From: an uncultured virus (IMG/VR IMGVR_UViG_3300011754_000016)
Taxonomy: Duplodnaviria > Heunggongvirae > Uroviricota > Caudoviricetes
Length of the DNA stretch: 64,000 bases
IMG/VR virus record: IMGVR_UViG_3300011754_000016
Location: 1-64,000 of that record
Reading direction: 5' to 3' (one strand)
Shown one piece after another: positions 17,747 through 26,660 of this stretch. Below the pieces are notes generated by a model that ran no database searches, had not been told where the DNA came from, and saw only the letters and a list, made by a program, of their open reading frames with translations. The position numbers were made by a program, and so were the translations under genes. Each line of letters begins with the position of its first letter. The stretch's first letter is position 1.

Positions 17747-17788
17747 ATTCTGCCAAAGATTTTAAGGTCGGCGTAGGCGCTGTTCCAA
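17747..17788 (-). promoter_or_regulatory. Late promoter motif (darA-like gene)
   Basis: TTGGAACAGC, then CAGAAT 29 nt after GGAAC. Confidence 0.75.
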
Positions 17789-17801
17789 AAGCGCTGGCAA
17801 G

Positions 17802-17827
17802 AAAAAAACCCCGCGAGGTGCGGGGTT
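17802..17827 (-). terminator. Rho-independent terminator
   Basis: AACCCCGC/GCGGGGTT stem plus a T run on the minus strand. Confidence 0.75.
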
Positions 17828-17844
17828 CGGTTGGTTTAAAAAGG

Positions 17845-18165
17845 TTAGCAAATCGTGCAGTCTATATCATCCTCACCCATGACAGCACTTAGCGTTACAT
17901 CGCCATCGCAGTCGTAATCTTTAAAATACTTTTTGCCGTCTGTGTCGATAATCGTGTAGCTATAGCCTTCCTTGTCCAGCTTATGCGCCATCTTAGCTGC
18001 CGCCCGCTCACTCATGTGAGTGGTGTAACCTTTTCCGCCGTAGTAGTCAGCAAGAACCACTGCGTAGATACATCCAGCGGCGAATTTAATTTCGCGCTCG
18101 CAATCCTTGCTATGGATTGAGTGAATAGACGCCATTGGCTTTTGATCCAAAATTAAAGTAGTCAT
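17845..18165 (-). CDS. Hypothetical protein, candidate anti-CRISPR/anti-defence
   Basis: 106 aa with an acidic C-terminus; GGAG RBS; own promoter carrying the shared operator. Confidence 0.65.
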   Translation of the reverse strand: MTTLILDQKPMASIHSIHSKDCEREIKFAAGCIYAVVLADYYGGKGYTTHMSERAAAKMAHKLDKEGYSYTIIDTDGKKYFKDYDCDGDVTLSAVMGEDDIDCTIC

Positions 18166-18222
18166 GATTTTTTACTCCGTATTAAGTCTTGCTATTTAAG
18201 TTATCTTGCTTGATATGGGTAC

Positions 18223-18251
18223 AATATAAGGGTAATTTTACCCCATGTCAA
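18223..18251 (-). promoter_or_regulatory. Sigma70 promoter with operator GGGTAATTTTACCC
   Basis: TTGACA-N17-TATATT; palindrome at 18230-18243 in the spacer. Confidence 0.8.
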
Positions 18252-18351
18252 CACCTATTTTAATTTACTTTTAAATATCTATTTTTAATAAATCCTTTTT
18301 ATATATGCCAAAAAAATTATAAAAAGGATTTAAATTATTTTATAATCGCGC

Positions 18352-18380
18352 TTGACTTAGGGTAATTTTACTCTTAATAT
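18352..18380 (+). promoter_or_regulatory. Sigma70 promoter with operator GGGTAATTTTACTC
   Basis: TTGACT-N17-TAATAT; near-identical palindrome at 18360-18373. Confidence 0.8.
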
Positions 18381-18488
18381 ATGAATCGTCAACTGGACGA
18401 CAGATGATACGGCAACAGATTATTTAACAGACGAAACAAACAGCAATCAAGCTGGCATGACTTGCCAGCAAACAAAAGGATTACGATC

Positions 18489-18986
18489 ATGACAAACTTA
18501 ACTTTATCAAACGGTCAATCAATTACTACTACTGATTTTGATCACAACTATCACAGCAGTCAAAAACACTCATCAAACTTTGTTTCTGAGTACGTGCTTC
18601 ATAATCTTGATGTTTATAACGAGGTTATGGGTATGTCAGCAGTTTACCAAGCAGGTCAATCTTACATTCACGGCGACTACTCAACGCCAAGCGCTAAACT
18701 TGAGCTTAGTGAGGACGGTGGCGCAGACGGACGACTTATTAAAATCAACAATCTATATGAGGCTGATTTTGATGATGAAACTTGCAGCGAATATTTGCAA
18801 GAAATGGTTGGTGACTTAGAAATCGAGGGCATTAACACTGTTAGCGACTTGAGAAACCTATACTTAGAACTTATGGATAATAACTCTCTCGCTCAGCAAT
18901 ACGCCGACAACCTTGACATTGAGCCGGTTTTTCTGAGCGACGAGCCAGATTTTACCGACGCTCCTGACCACTCTGATATTTATTAA
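18489..18986 (+). CDS. Highly acidic hypothetical protein, candidate anti-CRISPR
   Basis: 165 aa from ATG 18489 after an AAGGA RBS; D/E-rich; first gene of the aca2-acrVA2 operon. Confidence 0.75.
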   Translation: MTNLTLSNGQSITTTDFDHNYHSSQKHSSNFVSEYVLHNLDVYNEVMGMSAVYQAGQSYIHGDYSTPSAKLELSEDGGADGRLIKINNLYEADFDDETCSEYLQEMVGDLEIEGINTVSDLRNLYLELMDNNSLAQQYADNLDIEPVFLSDEPDFTDAPDHSDIY

Positions 18987-18995
18987 ACCAACCCT

Positions 18996-19021
18996 AAGCG
19001 CTCTAATCGGGGCGCTTTTTT
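18996..19021 (+). terminator. Internal terminator/attenuator before aca2
   Basis: AAGCGCTCT/GGGGCGCTT stem plus a T run. Confidence 0.6.
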
Positions 19022-19040
19022 GCTTTAAGGAAAAAAAATC

Positions 19041-19511
19041 ATGAACGATACAACATTAAAGCTTATTGCCATGCGCCGAGCGCTTGGCTTAAACGCTTCT
19101 GAGCTTGCTGAACTACCCGCTGTGCAACTTAACAAGCGCACCATTGCAACGTATGAGCGTTTTGAGCGTCTGCCTGCGCAATCCTACATTGAGTCAATGC
19201 ACGGCTTGAGCGTGTTTTATCAGCTGCTACTCTCAAATCTTAATGCAGACATTACGCTGCACAAATTGCAAGCTGGCAAGCCTGAACTGCCCTACTTTAA
19301 AGAGTTTGCCGACTTTGAGCGCGTAACGGGTAACGACTGCCAAACTTATTGGCGACTCTGGCAAGCAGTCATTGGTCATCTTGTGATGACCGGCGCTATT
19401 GATAGCATTAACGATGACGCGCCACTCCCTGCCAGCTTCAAGCAGTCCAAATTTTGGCTTGATAAGGGCTATGATGTGACCGATTTAGATAAGATGGAGG
19501 ACGCGCAATGA
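19041..19511 (+). CDS. aca2: Aca2/YdiL (DUF1870)-family anti-CRISPR-associated HTH repressor
   Basis: N-terminal HTH (AMRRALGLNASELA..RTIATYE) and LPYFKEFADFERVTG..YWRLWQAV, matching the Aca2 pattern. Confidence 0.8.
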   Translation: MNDTTLKLIAMRRALGLNASELAELPAVQLNKRTIATYERFERLPAQSYIESMHGLSVFYQLLLSNLNADITLHKLQAGKPELPYFKEFADFERVTGNDCQTYWRLWQAVIGHLVMTGAIDSINDDAPLPASFKQSKFWLDKGYDVTDLDKMEDAQ

Positions 19512-20548
19512 CGCCATTTGAGCAGATGCAAGCGTTTAACCGCGAGTTTGATGACGCCAAGCCGATTTACCGGCAGATGCAGGAGTGGCAAATCAAAAAT
19601 GCGCCGGACAATGGTGTATTTTACCCCTCAAGCCATATTTACAGCGCATCACCACGGCTAATGTCAGCCGTGATTGCTGGCAAGATCGGTAATACCACAG
19701 TTGACAGTATGAGCGCCGAGCAATTAACGCTGCTCAGGTATTTTTGGGGATTGCACTTGTTTGGCGCGTGGCGCAACACGCTTGGTGTTTACCGCATTGA
19801 CCCCGATATTTTTAGCCAAATCATCAAATCACCCATCCCGGATGATACACCGTCGATTGTTTTTGAGCGCTTGCCTGAGTGGTGTGTTTATATCGAGATG
19901 CCGCCAAAGGCGCTGACAGTGATTGCAGGCAGTGGCAGGCAAGCGGTTTGTAGTGGGTTTTGGGCGCTGTTTGATCTGCAGAACGTCAATGGCAAAATGC
20001 AGCCGGCGCTTAATTTAGTGCTTGATGTCGATGATGATGTTAAGACGACTCACGACGCTTATCAGCCGCTTATCCTGCCCATTGATAAAAATATGACCAT
20101 TCGTGAGGCGGTTTTAGCGATCTTTGATAGCGATTTGCACCGCGTCAACGATGCCCTACTGAGTCGCGCCAATGCCGAAACCGAAATGAAGATCATGTTT
20201 CACTTGCTATCATTGCTACTTTGGCTTTGCGCTGAAGAACCGGATATTAGCAATATCAAGGGCGAGCCAATTAGCGGCGATCAGCTTAGACTACCAAAAT
20301 ACCGGGTCAATAAAAAAACAGGCGTCTTTATTCCGCCAAGCCAGCCGATCATCTACAATATCGGTAAGCGACTTGGCGGTGAGGTCAGGCAGTTTAATGA
20401 AAAATGCGGCGCTGGTGACAGCCGCATATCAGCACGAAAGCGACCACATATCAGGCGCGGTCACTGGCATGGCGTTTGGTCGGGAATCGGTCAAGATAAA
20501 CAGTTTCGGGTTTATTGGCAGCCAGCGATTTTTGTTAATGCAAATTAA
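19508..20548 (+). CDS. acrVA2: AcrVA2-family anti-CRISPR protein
   Basis: GAWRNTLG, PDDTP..LPEWCVY, GFWA, LLWLC.EPDI, NKKTG.F, KRPHIRRGHWHG.W, WQPA.FVN, collinear with Moraxella AcrVA2 as recalled. Confidence 0.9.
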   Translation: MTPFEQMQAFNREFDDAKPIYRQMQEWQIKNAPDNGVFYPSSHIYSASPRLMSAVIAGKIGNTTVDSMSAEQLTLLRYFWGLHLFGAWRNTLGVYRIDPDIFSQIIKSPIPDDTPSIVFERLPEWCVYIEMPPKALTVIAGSGRQAVCSGFWALFDLQNVNGKMQPALNLVLDVDDDVKTTHDAYQPLILPIDKNMTIREAVLAIFDSDLHRVNDALLSRANAETEMKIMFHLLSLLLWLCAEEPDISNIKGEPISGDQLRLPKYRVNKKTGVFIPPSQPIIYNIGKRLGGEVRQFNEKCGAGDSRISARKRPHIRRGHWHGVWSGIGQDKQFRVYWQPAIFVNAN

Positions 20549-20570
20549 TTTAATTCTTTTAAAATATCAC

Positions 20571-20599
20571 TTGTAATCTAAGTCGGCTTAGATTACAAT
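20571..20599 (+). promoter_or_regulatory. Sigma70 promoter covered by a perfect 12-bp inverted repeat
   Basis: TTGTAA-N17-TACAAT; TTGTAATCTAAG-TCGG-CTTAGATTACAA. Confidence 0.8.
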
Positions 20600-20668
20600 A
20601 CAAACATCAAGACAAGATACGTGCAGGTATTTCTTGATAATTAAACACACCAAACCGGAGTAAACATT

Positions 20669-20890
20669 ATGAACACTACTAAAATCACCAAGCCTTTCGC
20701 CAAATCTTTTAATACCTTGCTCGGCGGCGAAACTGTCAGCTACAGCCCTCGCTACAACAAAGTAGCTATTGGTAATGATGCTGTTGAAGTCTCAGAAGAA
20801 ACGATGGACGAAATTCTTGATACAAGCGACGCTTACGGCGATAAATTCCGCTTGGTAGTCAGCGCTTTTGAACAAGCAGCATCAAACTAA
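20669..20890 (+). CDS. Small hypothetical protein, candidate anti-defence
   Basis: 73 aa, GGAG RBS, acidic C-terminal half. Confidence 0.7.
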   Translation: MNTTKITKPFAKSFNTLLGGETVSYSPRYNKVAIGNDAVEVSEETMDEILDTSDAYGDKFRLVVSAFEQAASN

Positions 20891-20905
20891 ATCGCCAAGA
20901 AAAGA

Positions 20906-20936
20906 AAAAGCCCTTGATGTGCAGTCAAGGGCTTTT
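20906..20936 (+). terminator. Rho-independent terminator
   Basis: AAAAGCCCTTGA/TCAAGGGCTTTT. Confidence 0.7.
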
Positions 20937-21022
20937 AGCCATCTAAGCGATGGTAAACACACCAACTCGGTAAACCGAATCAGTAAAGCGATTATGCAAT
21001 ATTTGGTCGCTAAAGACAAGGA

Positions 21023-21685
21023 GTGAAAATGGCAAAATTCAAAATGTGCGAACGATGCCAGCAGGAAAAAGAGATCGAGCTATTCCGCCTAAAAAATAGA
21101 AAGCTTGGAAAAATTTGCCTAGATTGCCGCAAAAAATGTGTAGTTTGCAACAATCCAATCGCCAATCAGACCAGTTTAGGAACCAAGTATTGCAGCGATA
21201 ATTGCCGCCGAACTTTTGACTATCAACAAAGAGCGCGGAAGCGAGCGGAGGCTATTTTTGAAGACCCTGATTACTACAAAAAGCAGTATGAAAAGGCAAA
21301 GGCGCGAGGCTGGAAAACGTACAATCCTGATAATAAGCGTGAGTATTATTACAGTGTCGCAAAGCAAAGACGGCAATCATCGCCTGAGTTGATGCAAAAG
21401 CAATGCGAAGCTGCAAAGGCGTATTACCGTCGAAATCGTGAAGAAATCCTTACAAAGAAACAAAATGTGACGCCCGAACAAAGAGAGATTTATAACCGTG
21501 GCGTGAGAAATTGGCGAAGAACCCGGCTTGAGAATATGACTGCTGAGCAGATTGCCGCTGACAAACGCCATGCAAATGCAATTAATAGGCAATCAAGAGC
21601 ACGATCAAGACTTGAGAAAATGCGGCTAGACTTCGCAAAAATTGAAAATTTAACCATACAAAATAAGGAACAGAATGATGAATGA
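21023..21685 (+). CDS. Basic zinc-finger protein
   Basis: Three CxxC and one CxxxC motif, then R/K-rich helices. Confidence 0.7.
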   Translation: MKMAKFKMCERCQQEKEIELFRLKNRKLGKICLDCRKKCVVCNNPIANQTSLGTKYCSDNCRRTFDYQQRARKRAEAIFEDPDYYKKQYEKAKARGWKTYNPDNKREYYYSVAKQRRQSSPELMQKQCEAAKAYYRRNREEILTKKQNVTPEQREIYNRGVRNWRRTRLENMTAEQIAADKRHANAINRQSRARSRLEKMRLDFAKIENLTIQNKEQNDE

Positions 21686-22307
21686 ATTAATCAACAAAGA
21701 CGATTTGCAACAATTAGATGATAACCAATTATTAAAAGAGTTTAAAAACTCCTTAAGCCTGACTGTTTTTCATTTGCAAAAAATGGCAGTTATTTGGGAT
21801 ATTTTGACCAATCGGGGTATAGATTTATCAGAATACAAAAAAGGTTTGATTGAGTTTGTACCGCTGATTGCTCAAAACAAGCTTATCCCTGAGTTTGTGA
21901 CCGACTTTGCAGGTCAGAGAAATCTCATTAACCATGTATCAAGAATCCCGGTTGAAGAACAGCGGCGACTATTAAAGGTTGGGAAAGTTGAAAAACTGAC
22001 CATTTTGGAAGATGGTGCTGAGGTCGTACAGAATTTAGACCTCAACGAAATTAAAAGCGGCGAACTTTATCAGATTTTTGGCTCAGATAAATTGCGAACA
22101 ATAGAGGATCAGCGATTACTGCTTATAAAGCAAATGCCAAAATCAAAACCTAAAAAGCAACCAAAGCTAAAAACTTATCGCAAAGTTAGTATTGATAATA
22201 ACCAAGAATATTTGGTGCTGGGTAGCGAGGCTAAAGTTAAATTATCGGAGGTTTTAGAATTGATTAAAGCAACTTACAACGTTGATATCCCCAAAGAGGT
22301 AAAATGA
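21675..22307 (+). CDS. Hypothetical protein
   Basis: 210 aa, translationally coupled to both neighbours. Confidence 0.7.
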   Translation: MMNELINKDDLQQLDDNQLLKEFKNSLSLTVFHLQKMAVIWDILTNRGIDLSEYKKGLIEFVPLIAQNKLIPEFVTDFAGQRNLINHVSRIPVEEQRRLLKVGKVEKLTILEDGAEVVQNLDLNEIKSGELYQIFGSDKLRTIEDQRLLLIKQMPKSKPKKQPKLKTYRKVSIDNNQEYLVLGSEAKVKLSEVLELIKATYNVDIPKEVK

Positions 22308-22495
22308 TGACAAGCAGAAAATCAGACAGTGAATACACGTCAAAATATAACAATAAGAGGCAAGCCGAACGCTTTGAAATCAAATTTTATCTTGATGACG
22401 ATAAGGAGCGGCGGATTTATGAGCAGCTATCAAAAGAGCCGAATCGCAAGCAGCTAATCTTGGAGTTGCTTAAAAATCATTATAGTGATGAATGA
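22304..22495 (+). CDS. Small ribbon-helix-helix-like protein, candidate Aca-type autorepressor
   Basis: 63 aa; helix, RFEIKFY strand, two helices; last gene of the operon. Confidence 0.55.
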   Translation: MMTSRKSDSEYTSKYNNKRQAERFEIKFYLDDDKERRIYEQLSKEPNRKQLILELLKNHYSDE

Positions 22496-22497
22496 CC

Positions 22498-22523
22498 AAA
22501 ACCCCGCCTAACCGCGGGGTTTT
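22498..22523. terminator. Bidirectional terminator
   Basis: AAAACCCCGC/GCGGGGTTTT between convergent genes. Confidence 0.8.
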
Positions 22524-23179
22524 TACTTTAAAAATATCGTTGGCATCAGCTTTTGAAAAGTAATGGTGCTTTTAATGATTTCACTTCGACCGGCTGATGA
22601 TACCTCCGTGCGCCCCTCTTTGACACCGACAATCCAAGCACGACCAACAGGGGCGATGTTGGTATGTTTCTTAGGATTAATAATAGCGATAGACAATTTA
22701 AACGCATATTTTCTAGGCTCGTTTACTGTCCCGTCTTCATTAAAAGCCCGCTTTCGACACGCTCGAAAAGATTTAAAAATATCACCGTTAATCGTTTCAA
22801 TAAACGTCATATCCATATCATCTGCGGTGCGTTTGGTTAACAGGCTAAATTCATACGATCCGGCATGACTATTCTCAGCTTCTGCGCCGCCAAACGACAC
22901 GTCCGACTCGGTCACCAAATAGCCGATGTTTTTGTTTTTAAACCACGGAATATCGCCACCAATCCCAAAGACATCCTCAATTTTTACTTGGTACATACAC
23001 TGACTGAGCACATCCATTGCGCGCATCGTGCCATACAGTTTTTTAAGCGTTTTTAGATCAATAGCCGCGGGTCCTGCGCCCGTGCTTGCACCGCCCTTGC
23101 TGCCGATCTTAATGCTGCCTTTCTTGCCGCTGGCTCGGATATTTAGTGCAAAATCGGGAAGCAATAATTCGTCTCTCAA
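22523..23179 (-). CDS. Tail tube-like / baseplate protein
   Basis: 218 aa; MDMTFIET..G and a final ITFQK strand typical of tube folds. Confidence 0.5.
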   Translation of the reverse strand: MRDELLLPDFALNIRASGKKGSIKIGSKGGASTGAGPAAIDLKTLKKLYGTMRAMDVLSQCMYQVKIEDVFGIGGDIPWFKNKNIGYLVTESDVSFGGAEAENSHAGSYEFSLLTKRTADDMDMTFIETINGDIFKSFRACRKRAFNEDGTVNEPRKYAFKLSIAIINPKKHTNIAPVGRAWIVGVKEGRTEVSSAGRSEIIKSTITFQKLMPTIFLK

Positions 23180-23190
23180 GATATACCGCC

Positions 23191-24831
23191 TTAATAGTTA
23201 TCATCGTCAAAATCATCATCAAAACCATCAAGGTCATCATCGACATCACCGTCAAGGCTGCCATCGGGATTTTCGCCACCGTTGCCTGTTGTTACGCCTT
23301 GGGCGTCCATAGACTGACCTTCGCCATCACCCTGAGTACCAATCACAATAGCCAAACGCTTAGCAAGTGTATTATCAAGCGCCATTTCATCCTCAAGCAA
23401 CAGTTGCGCGGTGGCACGGTCAACACCGAGTTCTTTTAACGTCATAAAGGCTTGAGTTTGAATGGTTAGAGTGTTGGCGCGGCTTTGTTTGTTATTGAGC
23501 GCTAAAGCTGCCGCCGCGCTTTGCTCGCTAAAAAAGTCAAACTGCCAAGGATATTCACCGTGATCAAATTTTTCACCGTACTTGATTCCCCAATGAATGG
23601 TCATTAAGTGGTTAAAGGTATCGATCAGGGCTTGGCGGATTAAAAACGAGCGGCGCATGATTTGCGCGGAGGTATAAAAAGACGCCCCATCACCCAAACC
23701 GCCTGCCAGCATTTCCGCCCAGCCAATTAAGGACAAATCAAGCCCCAAGCCGCCGGCAAGTCGCTTTAGCGCTAACATCAAAAGCCCTTCATTGAGTGGA
23801 GCATTGCGTTGTGACAAGTCACCGATAGATTGGATAATCTGTTTGTCACCCCATTGCGGCAAAATATGGTGAGTTGTGCCATAAAGCGCCTCGCCGCCGT
23901 TGAACGCATCTTCCACTTGATTGCGGTAATTGGTCAGCACCCCTTCAATCGCGGCTTTGTATTTTTTTTGCTGAGCGGGCGGCATACCTTCCATATTGAC
24001 GGTTAAAAACGCTTGGCGAACACTGTCTGCAATTTGTTGGTTGTTGAGTCCGGCGCGGGCAATGGTCACATCTTGCCATGGTTCCTCAACCGGATATAAA
24101 AACGAGCCGCCAACCTCACTTGGCAGCACCGGAACATCAAAGCGATTGTTGTAGCCTAAAATCTTTTCATCCTGCCAAATCTGTAGCGGCATTTGTGGTA
24201 CCAGCTCAATCCGCTGCATTTTTACCCGTAGCATTTGCATTGGTGTCAGTTTTTCGACCGTTCGCGTGAGGTTTTCCGACTCTAGCGCATGGTAGCCGAC
24301 CGTAATATCGCCTTGCTCAAATGGCATGATCAAGGTCGGTGAGGTATGGCGATTGTTCATCAGTCCCACCACACCTAAGCGCTTGTCGCTATAGATTCTT
24401 GCAAAGCTATCACCATAGCCGATCGCTTGTCTTGCCAGCGAAAACGCATGACGGTTGAGCAGTGGTGCGATGGTGCGGGCTTCACGCTCCACCTTATCGC
24501 GCAAGTCTTTAGCGCGGCGACCACCGCTTCGGATGCGGTCATGAGGTGTGATAAAAATCACCTCACCGGTCGTTTCGTGACCACCAAGGGCGGCGGTGAC
24601 ATGAAGGCTTAAGGCTTCTGCAATTTGCGGGTCTTTTTGCATCAGCTCCCACATTGACATGATTTGCTGGCGGGTTCGCATGGGTTTTGTTTGCGACTGA
24701 TACGTGCCAAGCCCGAACTGGTTGAGCATTTCATACTGATTATTGACATCATGAATGCTTGCCGGCGTGTTATTTTGTGCAATCTCACGCTTTGAAATCA
24801 GCATTCCAGCAAGTCGTTTTCCAAAATCCAT
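23191..24831 (-). CDS. Portal protein
   Basis: 546 aa; WELMQKDPQIAEALSLHVTAALG, YGDSFARIY, GGLGDG; acidic tail; P1 Prt-like. Confidence 0.75.
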   Translation of the reverse strand: MDFGKRLAGMLISKREIAQNNTPASIHDVNNQYEMLNQFGLGTYQSQTKPMRTRQQIMSMWELMQKDPQIAEALSLHVTAALGGHETTGEVIFITPHDRIRSGGRRAKDLRDKVEREARTIAPLLNRHAFSLARQAIGYGDSFARIYSDKRLGVVGLMNNRHTSPTLIMPFEQGDITVGYHALESENLTRTVEKLTPMQMLRVKMQRIELVPQMPLQIWQDEKILGYNNRFDVPVLPSEVGGSFLYPVEEPWQDVTIARAGLNNQQIADSVRQAFLTVNMEGMPPAQQKKYKAAIEGVLTNYRNQVEDAFNGGEALYGTTHHILPQWGDKQIIQSIGDLSQRNAPLNEGLLMLALKRLAGGLGLDLSLIGWAEMLAGGLGDGASFYTSAQIMRRSFLIRQALIDTFNHLMTIHWGIKYGEKFDHGEYPWQFDFFSEQSAAAALALNNKQSRANTLTIQTQAFMTLKELGVDRATAQLLLEDEMALDNTLAKRLAIVIGTQGDGEGQSMDAQGVTTGNGGENPDGSLDGDVDDDLDGFDDDFDDDNY

Positions 24832-24871
24832 AACTGCGCCTTATTTTTTAGATTATCGCTATACAGCGCTT

Positions 24872-24912
24872 ATTTTACCTTGGAGTGCTTGTGGTGCTGC
24901 CGCCCGATTCCA
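24872..24912 (-). promoter_or_regulatory. Late promoter motif variant (portal)
   Basis: TGGAAT variant, then TAAAAT at the same spacing; lies inside the end of the spike gene. Confidence 0.5.
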
Positions 24913-25486
24913 CGCCGCCATGTCTGTGACCTTTGAGCGATACCCCTGCCGCCTTAACATCTTGAGTGGCACTGATACTGCCGTTAATCGTCTGATTGCC
25001 GTAAGATACGCTGTCACCATTGATAGTTTGACCGCCGTTAATTGTTTGAGTGCCAGTGGTCACTTGGTCACCCGTTTGGGTAATATCGCCAATGACAGTT
25101 ACATCACCCTCAAGGCGAATTGACTTGGCTTTAATATCCACCAAATCATTTGCCTTGAGCGTGATATTGGCGCGGGCAAGCAGCTCAATATTCTTTTGAC
25201 GAATACGGCGGGTATCAACCACCGCAAGACCTTTGCCGTGACGCCGATAAAAGGCAATCACTGGCATGGATTTATCGCCTTGCTCAAAAAACACCCAAAC
25301 GTCCGCGCCGGCTTGTAGCTCAATTTCAGTATCGCGGTCATCATGACCAATGGGGTAAGCAAGCATTGCCTCGATACCCTCTTTTAGCCCATCGGTTAAA
25401 CCGGCAATCGCCACTTGCGCGGTGCGGTTTACCGCGTCATAACTGATTAAGGTTGCCGGCTGCAAGTAAGGTGACGTGTTGCTCAT
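24875..25486 (-). CDS. Baseplate central spike (gpV/gp5-like)
   Basis: OB-fold N-terminus, beta-helix repeats (QTINGGQTINGD), apex HRHGGV; likely start MSNTSP. Confidence 0.85.
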   Translation of the reverse strand: MSNTSPYLQPATLISYDAVNRTAQVAIAGLTDGLKEGIEAMLAYPIGHDDRDTEIELQAGADVWVFFEQGDKSMPVIAFYRRHGKGLAVVDTRRIRQKNIELLARANITLKANDLVDIKAKSIRLEGDVTVIGDITQTGDQVTTGTQTINGGQTINGDSVSYGNQTINGSISATQDVKAAGVSLKGHRHGGVESGGSTTSTPR

Positions 25487-26376
25487 TGGCGAGACTCCTC
25501 GATTTGAGCAAGCCAAGCTTTACTGGCGGTAATGGCTTGCCCGCCAAGCGCCCCTGAGTCATAGCGGTGGGCGGCGGTTAATATGGCAAGTTTTTTATCC
25601 TCAACTGTCACCAAGCGCCCGGCTTCAAGTCGGTCATCAAGGGGGCGGTTAATTGTGGCTTTGGTGATTAAGACGCGCCGCAAGTTTTGCAATTCTCGAT
25701 TGTCAGCGCGTGGAAAGTAGCGGACGGTTCGATTGGCGCGGGCACTGCCTAAAATATCCGTGCCGTTGTCGTCGATAGATAGATAATTGGTGTTGTCATG
25801 ATGAATAAGATTTGGGTTTTCGACCCATTGTACGGCGCTTTTGTCAAACAAGATGGTGTCACCGACAAATAATTCATTTAAACGAGTGACGTTTAAACCG
25901 CTGTTTTGATACACCATGACCGCCGCTTCTTTTTGTAGCGCCATAGCGATTGCCGCTGTTGGTGACTGACCTTTTAGGCAGACAAAGCGGGCAAGTTTAA
26001 TGTCGCGCTTGATGCGAATTTTTGCGCCCAAAGCACGGTAAACTTCGTTAAAACTTGTGCCTTTAAGCTCAATGGCGCGTGGTGCGACGCTAAGCAATGC
26101 CTCACAGCCGGCAAGCACCGCAATCACATGAATGGCGGCGATTCTGCGCCCCATCTTGATGGATTGCTCATTGATAACTTGTGATTTTACTACCGTGACC
26201 ACAGCACCACTTGGCAAGGTCAGCAGGGATGATACACTAAGCAGTTTTTGCAGACGATCATCGGCTTTGACGACCAATTCAAGGCTAATTGGTACGGGTA
26301 CCAAGTCACTGCGATAAATCACACTGATTAAACCACTTGCCGGAATGCCGCCGCCGTCTGATAGTAAGATATTCAT
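25483..26376 (-). CDS. Putative baseplate hub protein
   Basis: 297 aa directly upstream of the spike gene. Confidence 0.55.
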   Translation of the reverse strand: MNILLSDGGGIPASGLISVIYRSDLVPVPISLELVVKADDRLQKLLSVSSLLTLPSGAVVTVVKSQVINEQSIKMGRRIAAIHVIAVLAGCEALLSVAPRAIELKGTSFNEVYRALGAKIRIKRDIKLARFVCLKGQSPTAAIAMALQKEAAVMVYQNSGLNVTRLNELFVGDTILFDKSAVQWVENPNLIHHDNTNYLSIDDNGTDILGSARANRTVRYFPRADNRELQNLRRVLITKATINRPLDDRLEAGRLVTVEDKKLAILTAAHRYDSGALGGQAITASKAWLAQIEESRQ

Positions 26377-26384
26377 CTTTTACC

Positions 26385-26660
26385 CTAGCTGAACGCATGA
26401 AGCGGTGTTTTTGGATAAACACGGTAAGCATCAAGGGCGCTATTTTTCTCACGCAATCTTAAATCTACAAACCAACCATCATCTAAAATGGTAACGATAG
26501 GTGGTGCTTCTAAATCGTTTTCATCGTATTGAAAAGATTTAGGGATACCAATCACATAAATCACATATTGTGATGGGTGTAAGTCTTTAGTAGCTTCCGC
26601 AACAACTTGATTGGCTTCTGCTTCGTCTTTAAATTTAAGTTTATAATCAAGCACTACCAA
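26385..26660 (-). CDS. Fibre-associated small protein/chaperone
   Basis: 91 aa; LKFKDEAEA..IG..GWFVDLR..PKTPLHAF. Confidence 0.55.
   Translation of the reverse strand: MVVLDYKLKFKDEAEANQVVAEATKDLHPSQYVIYVIGIPKSFQYDENDLEAPPIVTILDDGWFVDLRLREKNSALDAYRVYPKTPLHAFS

Noticed and set aside
18381..18488. RNA anti-CRISPR (solitary CRISPR repeat) in the acr leader
   Set aside because: The hairpins do not resemble the I-F, I-C, I-E or V-A repeats I recall; no GTTCACTGCC-type or ATTGAAAC-type ends were seen
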